Source: a virus
Lineage: Duplodnaviria; Caudoviricetes
Strand: one strand, 5' to 3'
Length of the DNA stretch: 25,095 nucleotides
Virus record (IMG/VR): IMGVR_UViG_3300048777_000289
Coordinates: 1-25,095 of that record
Positions 1-8,354 of this stretch are shown piece by piece (position 1 is the stretch's first letter; each line of letters opens with the position of its first letter). Below the pieces are notes generated by a model. The model was not told the origin of the DNA. It ran no database searches and saw nothing but the letters and a program-made list of their open reading frames with translations. A program made the translations under genes and the position numbers.

Positions 1-1830
1 GGTATTCGCGTAGTTGGCGATGAGCGCCTTGATCAGCGCGGCCCGGGGCGCGGCGCTGTTGTCGTTGATCGTGCCGGCCTGAATTGCCGTTTGTGCATTT
101 GTGGAATAGTCGCCGGGGCCGGAACTTGGGCTCGGATAAAGAACACCCCAATTATAGTTAGAGCCGGCATCCCCGTTAAAGGTCAGTTTTGCATAATCAA
201 TCGATACGGAGACACCGCGACCGCTCAGGATCAGCATGAGGTGGGAATAGGTATTGGGAATCGAGGAGAAATCGATCGAAGCTTGGCCGCCGGAACCGAC
301 AGTTACCTTGGCGATCTGGATCATGGCGCCGGGCGCCGCGGAAGGAGGCGTCTGAAAAGTGCCATCGGCCTTGAGATATTTGCCCGCCGCCGCCGCGCCA
401 GCAGGAGGCGCCGGAACGATGCCGGCCACGCCGCCGGAACCGCTATCGCCCACCAATGTTGGCGGAAGCGCTGCCGGCACGTAAACGCCACCGACACGCG
501 GGCCGTAGAGGATGCCGGTGCTGGTATTGAGGTAGAAGTCGCCATCGCTGCCCGGCGTGCCGGTCTGCTTGGCATAGAAGGCGATGGCACTGAAACAGCT
601 GCGGTCACCCGTATTCACAGTAAAGGAAGAGGCCACCGTATTTGCGCCCAGTGTCCCGGCGAGATCATACTCAGCCGCCAGGGGATTCTCTAGGGCTCCA
701 CCCGCCGAACTCGTCGCCAGCGTGAAGCCGGTTCCGGCAGTATAGGTTACCCCAATGCCATTGCCCCACAAGAGAGCCAGGTACCCAAGGATCAGGTCGC
801 CGGCCAGCGTGGCGGCAACCGTGGTGCTCACTGGAGATGCGCCGTTGTAGACCGGAGTTCCAAGCCCATCAACCAGCGCCGCGGCGCCCGAGAACTCAGA
901 GACTGACGTGGCCGGGTTGGTTATGCCGGAAATATCCCAGTTCACAGTATTCGCGCCACTGGCAGGGGCAACTCCATACCAGACCGCCGCGCAGATTGTC
1001 GAAGCTGCGGCAAGGTATTGAGCCAGCTTGTAAACCGTTCCAACTGTGTCAGTTGGCGGAAGATTGTCCGCCATGCCTGCTTCGCCAACCTGTAAGACCA
1101 GCAGCAGGTTTCCCGCTGTTACATTCGAGCCAAAGGCCTGCGTGCCACTATTGGGAGAGGTTGCGCTCTGCACGTGCGCGACGGTTGCTGGTGTGCCCGG
1201 CGTCGGCGCGCCGATGCCGGTATGAATGACGCCTGCGGAGCTGCCGCCGCCGCCCGCTGCTGAGATCACGCCGCCAGAGATAGTGATCGTGCTGCCGTCG
1301 GGCTTGACCACGCCCAGGGCGCCAGTGGTGGCCACCGGAAGATCTGCAGGAACCAGTGCGCGCAGTGCGGCCGGCGCGCTCGATCCATCGGCAGGCGTGG
1401 CTACAACCTCATTGCCGGATCCTGTGGGTAAGCCGCCCGAGCCGCCCGAAGGAACCTCCCAGGTAGCATCGGCCTTCAAAAACTTTCCAGCCGCCGCCGA
1501 ACCAGCCGGCGGCGCGGGCACAACCCCCCCCTCGCCGCCCCCACTGCCGCCCGTATCGCCGATCATCTCAGGGGATGAGCCGCCCGGTGGTATTTCCCAG
1601 GTGCCATCCGCTTTGAGGAACTTGCCTGCAACCGCAGACCCAGCCGGAGGCGCGGGAACATTGCCCGCCAGGCCGCCACCCGAGCTGCCGTTATCGCCCA
1701 CCATCACCGGATCATAAGCGCTCTCGTTGCAGACGGGCGTACCACCATCGTTCTGCCATTCGATGTTCTGCTGCTCGGTGGGCGGGGTGGGCGTGGTATT
1801 TGAAAAGTTGAGCGTGGTCGCTAAAGCCAT
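1..1830 (-). CDS. Tail fibre / receptor-binding protein (3'-partial, at least 610 aa; absent from ORF track)
   Basis: Manual translation: ATG at 1830 with AGGAG upstream and no stop before position 1 (MALATTLNFSNTTPTPP...ALIANYANT). It is Gly/Ala/Ser/Thr-rich, has three G.VPAPPAG..AGK(F/Y)LKAD.T(W/F) fibre repeats and a GDFYLNTSTGILYGP motif, and directly follows the tail-tip gene. Confidence 0.85.
   Translation of the reverse strand, partial: MALATTLNFSNTTPTPPTEQQNIEWQNDGGTPVCNESAYDPVMVGDNGSSGGGLAGNVPAPPAGSAVAGKFLKADGTWEIPPGGSSPEMIGDTGGSGGGEGGVVPAPPAGSAAAGKFLKADATWEVPSGGSGGLPTGSGNEVVATPADGSSAPAALRALVPADLPVATTGALGVVKPDGSTITISGGVISAAGGGGSSAGVIHTGIGAPTPGTPATVAHVQSATSPNSGTQAFGSNVTAGNLLLVLQVGEAGMADNLPPTDTVGTVYKLAQYLAAASTICAAVWYGVAPASGANTVNWDISGITNPATSVSEFSGAAALVDGLGTPVYNGASPVSTTVAATLAGDLILGYLALLWGNGIGVTYTAGTGFTLATSSAGGALENPLAAEYDLAGTLGANTVASSFTVNTGDRSCFSAIAFYAKQTGTPGSDGDFYLNTSTGILYGPRVGGVYVPAALPPTLVGDSGSGGVAGIVPAPPAGAAAAGKYLKADGTFQTPPSAAPGAMIQIAKVTVGSGGQASIDFSSIPNTYSHLMLILSGRGVSVSIDYAKLTFNGDAGSNYNWGVLYPSPSSGPGDYSTNAQTAIQAGTINDNSAAPRAALIKALIANYANT
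355..1704 (-). repeat. Three 34-36 aa internal tail-fibre repeats (1597-1704, 1459-1566, 355-456)
   Basis: MVGDNGSSGGGLAGNVPAPPAGSAVAGKFLKADGTW / MIGDTGGSGGGEGGVVPAPPAGSAAAGKFLKADATW / LVGDSGSGGVAGIVPAPPAGAAAAGKYLKADGTF. Confidence 0.9.
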
Positions 1831-1846
1831 GGGGATTCTCCTGAGA

Positions 1847-4800
1847 TTAAATGCCGCCGGGAACGCCGGTGGGCGTGTAGCTGGTTGCGGACACATCGGC
1901 GAGCGACTGGATCGCCGCGCCGAAAGAATTGAAGCTGATGACTTTGAAGAAGAGTTCGACGCCCACCCAAACCTCGTCCATGCTGATCTTGAGAATGCCG
2001 GTGCCAGCGGGCGAGAGGAAGGCAAAGCGCGAGCCGGGCGAGTGATCGATGCCGCTCGATCCCGGTGCACCAAAGACCGCGCGGTCGAGATGGTTGCCGC
2101 TGCCGGTAGCCCTGAGGGTGAACTTGTTGGGCCCCGTCAACTGCGCGGTGGCGTAGGTCATCAGCTCGTAGCCGAAGGCCATGGAAGATTCAGCAATCAA
2201 TGCACCGTTCGACTCATAATCGATGCCACTGTCGCAAACCGCCGTGCCGTTCGACTCGATGGTCAGATTCGAGCCACTGACGTAGCAGGGATAAGCAAAG
2301 TTATCCTCCTGGCTCACGGCGTAGCTTTGCAAGATGCCGTCCGATTCTGTCAAGTCGAGCGCTAGATCGTTGGCAGTGTCGAGGCTGGTATCCGCGGGCC
2401 AGTCGGCGGTAACCTCGCCGGTAATCGCCGAGCCGATGATCGGATCGCCCAGCGGATCGTAGCTGCTGCCGCCGTCGGTGGAGATAAGGACCACGCAGCC
2501 GCCATAGTTCGCGGCCTTGGAGCTGACCACCACCCAGAGCTGCGCCTGGGGCGCGTTGGCGTAGAGGCGCGGAACCGGCTCAAAAATAATGGGCAGATTC
2601 ACGTTTCCGGCCGAGGCGTTGACGCCGGTGGAGTTTTGCGTGGGCGAACCGGCCGCCAGCGGCGTGGGCGCGCACATGCCGTAAACGAAGGGCTCCGCCG
2701 CGCCCTCAAAACTGCCATCGTCCTGCTCGTTGAACTCGGTGATGCGCACCGGCACGTTCAAAATGTCCTGCAAATCGTCGGTCAGGGTGATCAGGTCCAT
2801 CGGCGTCTGGAGCAACCACTTGGCGCTGGCGGTGAACTTCCAAGTATCGCCGCCATACTGATTGCGCCGCACTTGAATGGCCAACAAAGCTCTGGCAATG
2901 GAAGGATCCTGAACGGCGTTGTTGACCACTGGATCGCCCTTGCGCACGCCATAGAGCGCGATGGAGGCCGCGTCTGGCTGCTGCACAACGATCTGGTTAT
3001 AGAAAGCGCTGCGATCAAGGCACTGCATCTGCAGCACATTGGGAAGCCGGATGCGGCTGCCGGATTGGAAATCAGGTGTTCCGCTGCTGCCTACGAAATC
3101 GCCATTGATGGTGCTCAGATTGGCCACAGGCCCGGCGGCGGTGGCCGCGGTATACTCCGCGCCGTTGCCGGCCGCGGAGACTTCGGAATAAGGGAAGAAG
3201 TAGAGCTTGGAACCGATGGGCACCGCAGCGCAGTTGGCGGCCTGGCAGAGCGACGTGATCCAATCCGATGCCGCGGACTGCGAGTTCATGCTCAGCGAGC
3301 CATAGAGACCATTGGCGCGGCATTGTGCACGGACTAGATCAAGCGAGGGAAAATCGATGTAATCGCCCAGTGGGCGCGGATAGGGCGCGGGCTGGGTGGA
3401 CTTGAAGCTGAGCAGCAGCAATTGCGCGGGCGACGGCTCAAGCGTGGGGAAGGTGTAGGTTCCCGGCGAACGAACGATGCGGCTGAGGAGCTGATAGGAG
3501 TCAGGCGAGAGCCCGGCAAAGTTCGGGGGCGTGAGTGATCCCCAGGCGGCAATCTGCTGGCCAGCCGGAGCATCGCTGGTGGGATACATCGGCACAGCCA
3601 TCAGCAGGCCGGGGAAACCTGGCTCGACGGTGCTGGCGATGGTTGAACCGGAGATGGCGGAGGCTACAACGATGCCGCCCGGCGCGCCTGTATCGAAAGA
3701 GCCGCCGGTGAGGGAACCAACCGTGGCGGAATTGCCGGAGGATGCCCCAGCCAGCGCCAGTGCGCAGTTCGCATGGTAAACTACCGCGATGCCATCAACT
3801 ACTTCCAGCACGTTGGTCCATGGCTGAACAGCGGCCGCGCTAGCATCACGCGGAAGCGCCCAGGCCACTTGCTGGCCCGCGGGCACGGTGAAGGGAGGCG
3901 GAATCGGTGGCGCGCCGGTTGGCGATGCTGAAGTTGTGAAGTATATAGCGAAGCCGACAGCGCTAAAGCTGGCAGTGCCGATGGGCATCAAGCCTTGATC
4001 GACCGTACAAGCAATACTGGCGCCGATTGCCTGGCCGATCAGATCCGAGAGGCTGGTTCCGATACTTGGAGCGTAGAACTCTCCCGATGAGCCGGAGACC
4101 GGTGGCACCGGAGCGGTAAAGTTGGAGCCATCCACAAATCCGCCCAAGTCGTCCAGCACAAGCGCGGAACCGTATTGATAACTGAGAAAGCCCGCATTCT
4201 CCACCGTGCCAGTGCCTACAAAGACTGGGTAGATGCCTTGGATAACTGCGTCGGAAGGAAGCGGGGCGGAAAGCTCAAAGTCTGCAAATAACATTGAAAC
4301 AACAGCGCCTGCGCCGCCGATTACCGGGCCATTGCCCTGCTTACTGATCAAGCCACCGGCGCTGCCAGTGCCGGGATTGAAGACTCCGGCCGAGTCCAGG
4401 CTTCCCACGCCGCCGACTTCCAAAACGTGCATCTGCCACGCGCCGGATGCTCCGGAGATGGTGACCGTGTTCGGACCGCCCACCGCCGTCGCCGTCCATA
4501 CCTGGTAGCCGGTGACCCCGGAGAGCTGCGACGTCCAAACATCGCCCGCGCTCGAAGAGATGGAGAGCGCGCCACCCGCCTGGGCCACGCAGACAAGAAT
4601 GTTACCCGCCACATTGGGCAGGTTATAGAGCATGGGCGGCAGCGCGGCCGACGTGCTCTGGTCGTACTTTTTTTGGATCGTACCCGGCATGGCGTAGCTG
4701 GAGAGGCCGCGCTCCATCTGTGTCCACGGAGTATCCGTGCCCACGGCTGCCTGCGCGAGGCCGGACTTAAAGATGTCCTCTATCATGTCGACGAAATCTG

Positions 4801-5683
4801 CGTCGCCGGTGGGATAGATGCCCCACTTGCCGGCTACCTCCGGCTGTAGCTGAGGCAACGCGCCCGAAGAGCCAAGATCCATCATGGAGCTGCCCGCACC
4901 GGCGAAGTGCGGATATTCGATCTGCTGGTCGCTGTAGGGATGGCCGGCCGGATCGTTGCCCGCGTCGGCATACTCGGTGCCTGAGCCCAGTTCCGGCTCG
5001 AAGACCATCCGCAGTTCCGCCATGGGAGACTGGTAGCCGGCGATCGGCATCCCGGCAGCCGTATTGGCGAGCTGCGCGTAGTAGATCTTCACCGTGCCGC
5101 CAGGGAAGGCCTCGGCGTCGATCTCGATGGTGGCTCCATAGCCCGGCTGCCAGCGATAGCAATAAGGCCAGTTGCGATAACAGGAGGGGTTGGTGGGGTC
5201 GGGCCCCTGCTCCAACTCGTTCCACAGCGGAATCTCGAAGCTGCCGTTCAGCGTCTCCGCATAGCCGTTGGAGCCGTAATCGTTGACTGGAAAACTGTAG
5301 CCGCCCTCAACGGTAACGGCAATCACAGCGTAGAAATGCGCATCGGAGACTTCGAGACTTTGGCGGCCGGCGGCTGCGGAGAAGCTCTGTGAGGTGAAGT
5401 TGAGCGGGAAATTCGTGCCGTTGACTACCACCTGGAGCACGCCGCGGATAGGATTATGACCCAGCAGGAAGTCGATGTTTTCGACGTAGGCTACAACGCC
5501 CTTTTTCCCGCTTTTGCCTTTCTTGCCCGAGCCGCCCTGGCGCATGTTGGCCGCCCAGATGGCCAGCAGTGGAGATTGCGTCAGCCCATAGATCGCCGGA
5601 ATGGTCGCGCCGTAGGTGGAGGCCTGCAGCAGCGAACCCAGAGCGGTGGGCTTATTGGAAGCCTGAGACTTAAAGCCCTGCAT
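1847..5683 (-). CDS. Tail tip / central baseplate (host-specificity J-like, Phage-tail_3-type) protein, 1278 aa
   Basis: Largest ORF, directly after NlpC/P60. It has an N-terminal STYG..IP.IYG and GGSGKKG motif, a D.ASIALYG.R segment and a C-terminal FKVISFNSFG...QSLADV, all typical of this tail-tip family. Confidence 0.8.
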   Translation of the reverse strand: MQGFKSQASNKPTALGSLLQASTYGATIPAIYGLTQSPLLAIWAANMRQGGSGKKGKSGKKGVVAYVENIDFLLGHNPIRGVLQVVVNGTNFPLNFTSQSFSAAAGRQSLEVSDAHFYAVIAVTVEGGYSFPVNDYGSNGYAETLNGSFEIPLWNELEQGPDPTNPSCYRNWPYCYRWQPGYGATIEIDAEAFPGGTVKIYYAQLANTAAGMPIAGYQSPMAELRMVFEPELGSGTEYADAGNDPAGHPYSDQQIEYPHFAGAGSSMMDLGSSGALPQLQPEVAGKWGIYPTGDADFVDMIEDIFKSGLAQAAVGTDTPWTQMERGLSSYAMPGTIQKKYDQSTSAALPPMLYNLPNVAGNILVCVAQAGGALSISSSAGDVWTSQLSGVTGYQVWTATAVGGPNTVTISGASGAWQMHVLEVGGVGSLDSAGVFNPGTGSAGGLISKQGNGPVIGGAGAVVSMLFADFELSAPLPSDAVIQGIYPVFVGTGTVENAGFLSYQYGSALVLDDLGGFVDGSNFTAPVPPVSGSSGEFYAPSIGTSLSDLIGQAIGASIACTVDQGLMPIGTASFSAVGFAIYFTTSASPTGAPPIPPPFTVPAGQQVAWALPRDASAAAVQPWTNVLEVVDGIAVVYHANCALALAGASSGNSATVGSLTGGSFDTGAPGGIVVASAISGSTIASTVEPGFPGLLMAVPMYPTSDAPAGQQIAAWGSLTPPNFAGLSPDSYQLLSRIVRSPGTYTFPTLEPSPAQLLLLSFKSTQPAPYPRPLGDYIDFPSLDLVRAQCRANGLYGSLSMNSQSAASDWITSLCQAANCAAVPIGSKLYFFPYSEVSAAGNGAEYTAATAAGPVANLSTINGDFVGSSGTPDFQSGSRIRLPNVLQMQCLDRSAFYNQIVVQQPDAASIALYGVRKGDPVVNNAVQDPSIARALLAIQVRRNQYGGDTWKFTASAKWLLQTPMDLITLTDDLQDILNVPVRITEFNEQDDGSFEGAAEPFVYGMCAPTPLAAGSPTQNSTGVNASAGNVNLPIIFEPVPRLYANAPQAQLWVVVSSKAANYGGCVVLISTDGGSSYDPLGDPIIGSAITGEVTADWPADTSLDTANDLALDLTESDGILQSYAVSQEDNFAYPCYVSGSNLTIESNGTAVCDSGIDYESNGALIAESSMAFGYELMTYATAQLTGPNKFTLRATGSGNHLDRAVFGAPGSSGIDHSPGSRFAFLSPAGTGILKISMDEVWVGVELFFKVISFNSFGAAIQSLADVSATSYTPTGVPGGI

Positions 5684-6182
5684 GGGGGTTCGCCTCCGGC
5701 TTTACAAATGGATCAAATATATCCATGGGTTGGAAGCTGGTCAAAGGGTGGCCGGTTAGATCGACTTCGCGGACACCTTCGGCCTCGGCATGGATGCCGC
5801 GCGGCCACGCGGTAACGATGGCGCCGTGGTTGAATACCCTGCCATTGACGACGCGGAAGAGCACCAGGTCGCCCGGCTGGGCCTGCGCGCCGCCGCGGCA
5901 GATGGTCTCCGCCACCAACTTGCCAAAGCGCATCAAGTTGCGCAGGTAGATCTGAGAAGAGGTATTGCAGAACCAATCAGAGGAGTAGGAGTGGCTAACG
6001 CCGCCTTCCCGGTAAAAGCCTTGCTCGATGAGCGAAGCCTCCGTAGCCGCCCCGATCTCAATCAAATATTCAGCCAGGAGCGTCGCACAGTCCACTCCTG
6101 CCCCCTTGATACGTCCGCCTAGGACATAGGGCGTCCTGAGCCAACTGCGCGCGATGGCGACGGCTTCTGTGCGAGTCTTCAT
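5670..6182 (-). CDS. NlpC/P60 family tail-associated peptidase
   Basis: A.SWLRTPY..GG..KGAGVDC (catalytic Cys), PGDLVLF, FNHGAI (catalytic His); canonical position between DUF2163 and the tail tip. Confidence 0.9.
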   Translation of the reverse strand: MKTRTEAVAIARSWLRTPYVLGGRIKGAGVDCATLLAEYLIEIGAATEASLIEQGFYREGGVSHSYSSDWFCNTSSQIYLRNLMRFGKLVAETICRGGAQAQPGDLVLFRVVNGRVFNHGAIVTAWPRGIHAEAEGVREVDLTGHPLTSFQPMDIFDPFVKPEANPHAGL

Positions 6183-6199
6183 TGTTTTCCTTTGGAAAA

Positions 6200-6234
6200 C
6201 AGGGATCAGGTTTCAGGGATCAGGGGTCAGACTG
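6200..6234 (+). repeat. Heptamer tandem array (CAGGGAT CAGGTTT CAGGGAT CAGGGGT CAGACTG)
   Basis: Read directly; fills the spacer between the DUF2163 stop and the NlpC/P60 RBS. Confidence 0.8.
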
Positions 6235-6236
6235 AC

Positions 6237-7163
6237 TCAAACTCCCGATTGTGGCGATGGAACAAACGGGAAACCATAGAAATTTTCATCCGCCATGTTG
6301 ACCGGCGCGCTCATGGAGACGTAGAAGGTATCCACGCCAGGCGTAGGCGGCCAGGGCAGCGCGGCGTAAAGCTCGAACTGCGAATGCTTGGTGCCAAAGC
6401 CATCCGTCCAGGCGCCATTCTGTCCGATCGCGGACCAGGCCCCATTGAGCGTAGCGCCAGCGCCGGAGAGGAAGACCATGTAGCCGCCGGCAAAGATGTT
6501 GCCGGAATAGATCTTGCCCGCGCTGGGCGAAGTGCAGTCGGCAATGATGTAATCTTCCGTCGAGCCAGCCACACACTCAAAGACCGGAATCGACGGATCA
6601 CCGGGCGGCAAAGTGACCGCTGCGGTGGAGGCCAGAGTGTTCGTGGTCTCGATGACGGTTGAGGGCACTTTTTGCGTGAGCACGTCGAGGAAACTCTTGA
6701 CGTTGAAGACGATCTTGTTGCGCGAAGGCTGTACGGTATCAATGCGGCCGCCAAACCAATCCACACAGCCCAGGGTATCGGCGTCGCCGGGCGTGGGCAT
6801 CAGAGCGCGCCAGATGCGCACTGGCCAGTTATCAAAAAAGTGCAGCCGGGCGAGCTGGGCGACGCTGGCCGAGGCGATGGTTGTTCCGGTGGTTTGCAGG
6901 TTGGGAGACCAGGTGATGCTCAAGCTCTGTGCATCGGTGCCGATCTTGCACTGCACGCGATCGCGGGTGACCACGGCGGGATTGAAACGTCCCCAGGGCG
7001 AGTAGATGACAGGCGCTTCGTGATTGGTGAGCCAGATGGACCGCGGATCCTCCGGCTCGCCGATCAGGATCAGGTCGCGCAGCATCAGCGTCTTGTTGGC
7101 CGCGAGGTAAGCCTGTGCCGCCGCCGTATTGTCAAGCCCGTTGCCGCCAATGACTTTTCTCAT
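6237..7163 (-). CDS. Baseplate hub protein (DUF2163 / BR0599-like), 308 aa
   Basis: C-terminal ENFYGFPFVP.P motif, plus WFGGRI and P..P.PG.DTF.V. The start was moved to ATG 7163, which overlaps the upstream stop (ATGA). Confidence 0.8.
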   Translation of the reverse strand: MRKVIGGNGLDNTAAAQAYLAANKTLMLRDLILIGEPEDPRSIWLTNHEAPVIYSPWGRFNPAVVTRDRVQCKIGTDAQSLSITWSPNLQTTGTTIASASVAQLARLHFFDNWPVRIWRALMPTPGDADTLGCVDWFGGRIDTVQPSRNKIVFNVKSFLDVLTQKVPSTVIETTNTLASTAAVTLPPGDPSIPVFECVAGSTEDYIIADCTSPSAGKIYSGNIFAGGYMVFLSGAGATLNGAWSAIGQNGAWTDGFGTKHSQFELYAALPWPPTPGVDTFYVSMSAPVNMADENFYGFPFVPSPQSGV

Positions 7164-7504
7164 TTCGCTGCCGCCTTGCATCCTGCGGCCAGCACTTCGT
7201 GCTGCTGCATAAACAACACCGCTTCGAGTCGATTGCCCATGCCCGTCTTTTCATAGATTTTGTTCAGGTGCCTGGTCACAGTCTCTTTCGAGATGTTCAG
7301 AATGCGGGCCAGTTCCTTATTGGTCGCCCCCAGCGAGAGCGCATACAACACTTCTCTTTCCCGCCATGTCAGCGCGTTCAGAACGCAGATACCTGTCTTG
7401 TCTGGCGCCTCCAGCCCTGTGTCTGGCATAGCATCCTGCACCGTCACCGACAGCTCAGAACGATGGCCGCAGTGCGGACATTCAATTGTCGAAGCAACGC
7501 TCAT
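7160..7504 (-). CDS. Stand-alone LuxR/GerE-family HTH transcriptional regulator with N-terminal CxxC
   Basis: LTWREREVLYALSLGATNKELARILNISKETVTRHLNKIYEKTGMGNRLEAV is a textbook LuxR C-terminal HTH. CPHC near the N-terminus; no receiver domain. Confidence 0.92.
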   Translation of the reverse strand: MSVASTIECPHCGHRSELSVTVQDAMPDTGLEAPDKTGICVLNALTWREREVLYALSLGATNKELARILNISKETVTRHLNKIYEKTGMGNRLEAVLFMQQHEVLAAGCKAAAK

Positions 7505-7535
7505 TTTGCCGCACCCCTAATCCACGATCGCTGTC

Positions 7536-8300
7536 TTACAGCGGATTTGGCCTGACCTGGCTCAGCTTGAGATAGCCCTTGCCGTTTTGCGATTCGCTGC
7601 CGCCGATGGTCCAGGTACGCTTTGCGCCCATGGCGAACTTTTCCATGTCTTGAGAGTCGCTTTCGAAATGGCAGCGAAAATAAAAGCTGAACTGCGCGGT
7701 AATCGGCGCGGTGGGCTGCGCGGACCATTCGAGATACATGCCCATGTAGGATGCACCGGGAATGGCCAGACCGGGACCCAGGAGCTCGTAGGTCGGACCG
7801 GTGTAGCCGCCGGGCGCAGCGCCAGTGGGCCATGCCTGCACGCCGTCGGAATAGACCTCCAACGGCTGGCCGTCGGCGTAGGGATCGGTATTGAGATCGA
7901 CAATGTCTTCGTAGAAGAGGCCGCCGAAGGTGCGCTGCAGCGGCGAATAGTAGTTGGTTCCATCGGTGACGAGTTGCAACTGCGCCAGCGGAACATTGGG
8001 CTCGCCATCAACCATCGCCGGGCCGACGGAGTTGTCATCGGGATCGAGGAAAAGGAAGGACTGCGCCGCGCCCCCCATGGCCAGAAAGAAGTCGAGTAGG
8101 GTGTGCAGCTCGCCGATACCGAAGCTGGGCGTGGGATAGTCGCGGAGAAAGTCGTAGATCAGTTCCCATCCCCAGATCGGATTCACCGTCTGCGGCAGGC
8201 GCACGTCGTACTTGTTCGGTGCGGACTCGACGAGGGTGTCGAAGTCCACCGTCTTGAGCACCGGCAGGGTGAGGCCCGGGAGTGTGGGGTAAACGAGCAT
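7536..8300 (-). CDS. Distal tail protein (DUF2460-like)
   Basis: YPTLPGL, L..L.DFF...GG..QSFLF.DPDD and ITAQFSFYFRCHF..D motifs; follows the tape measure gene; GGAG RBS. Confidence 0.82.
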   Translation of the reverse strand: MLVYPTLPGLTLPVLKTVDFDTLVESAPNKYDVRLPQTVNPIWGWELIYDFLRDYPTPSFGIGELHTLLDFFLAMGGAAQSFLFLDPDDNSVGPAMVDGEPNVPLAQLQLVTDGTNYYSPLQRTFGGLFYEDIVDLNTDPYADGQPLEVYSDGVQAWPTGAAPGGYTGPTYELLGPGLAIPGASYMGMYLEWSAQPTAPITAQFSFYFRCHFESDSQDMEKFAMGAKRTWTIGGSESQNGKGYLKLSQVRPNPL

Positions 8301-8317
8301 TTTCGCTCCGCGAAAAT
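8299..8317 (-). promoter_or_regulatory. Hairpin ATTTTCGC-GGA-GCGAAAAT enclosing the SD and part of the start codon
   Basis: Perfect 8-bp inverted repeat with a 3-nt loop; the same 15-nt core occurs at 18267-18281. Confidence 0.55.
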
Positions 8318-8349
8318 AGGGATTAGGGGTTAGGGATTAGGGGTTAGGA
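8317..8349 (+). repeat. Telomere-like heptamer array (TAGGGAT TAGGGGT)x2 TAGGA; four G-tracts
   Basis: Read directly; spacer between the tape measure and DUF2460 genes. Confidence 0.9.
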
Positions 8350-8354
8350 ACCGC

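Noticed and set aside
1-1830. Diversity-generating retroelement or invertible fibre cassette
   Set aside because: No reverse transcriptase, invertase or adenine-specific TR/VR pair is present in the window. The fibre C-terminus lies outside the window, so this cannot be excluded for the whole phage.
7514-7523. Single inverted copy of the G-rich unit (GGATTAGGGG on minus) before the LuxR-type gene
   Set aside because: It is only about one and a half units and is explained as the gene's SD-like sequence.
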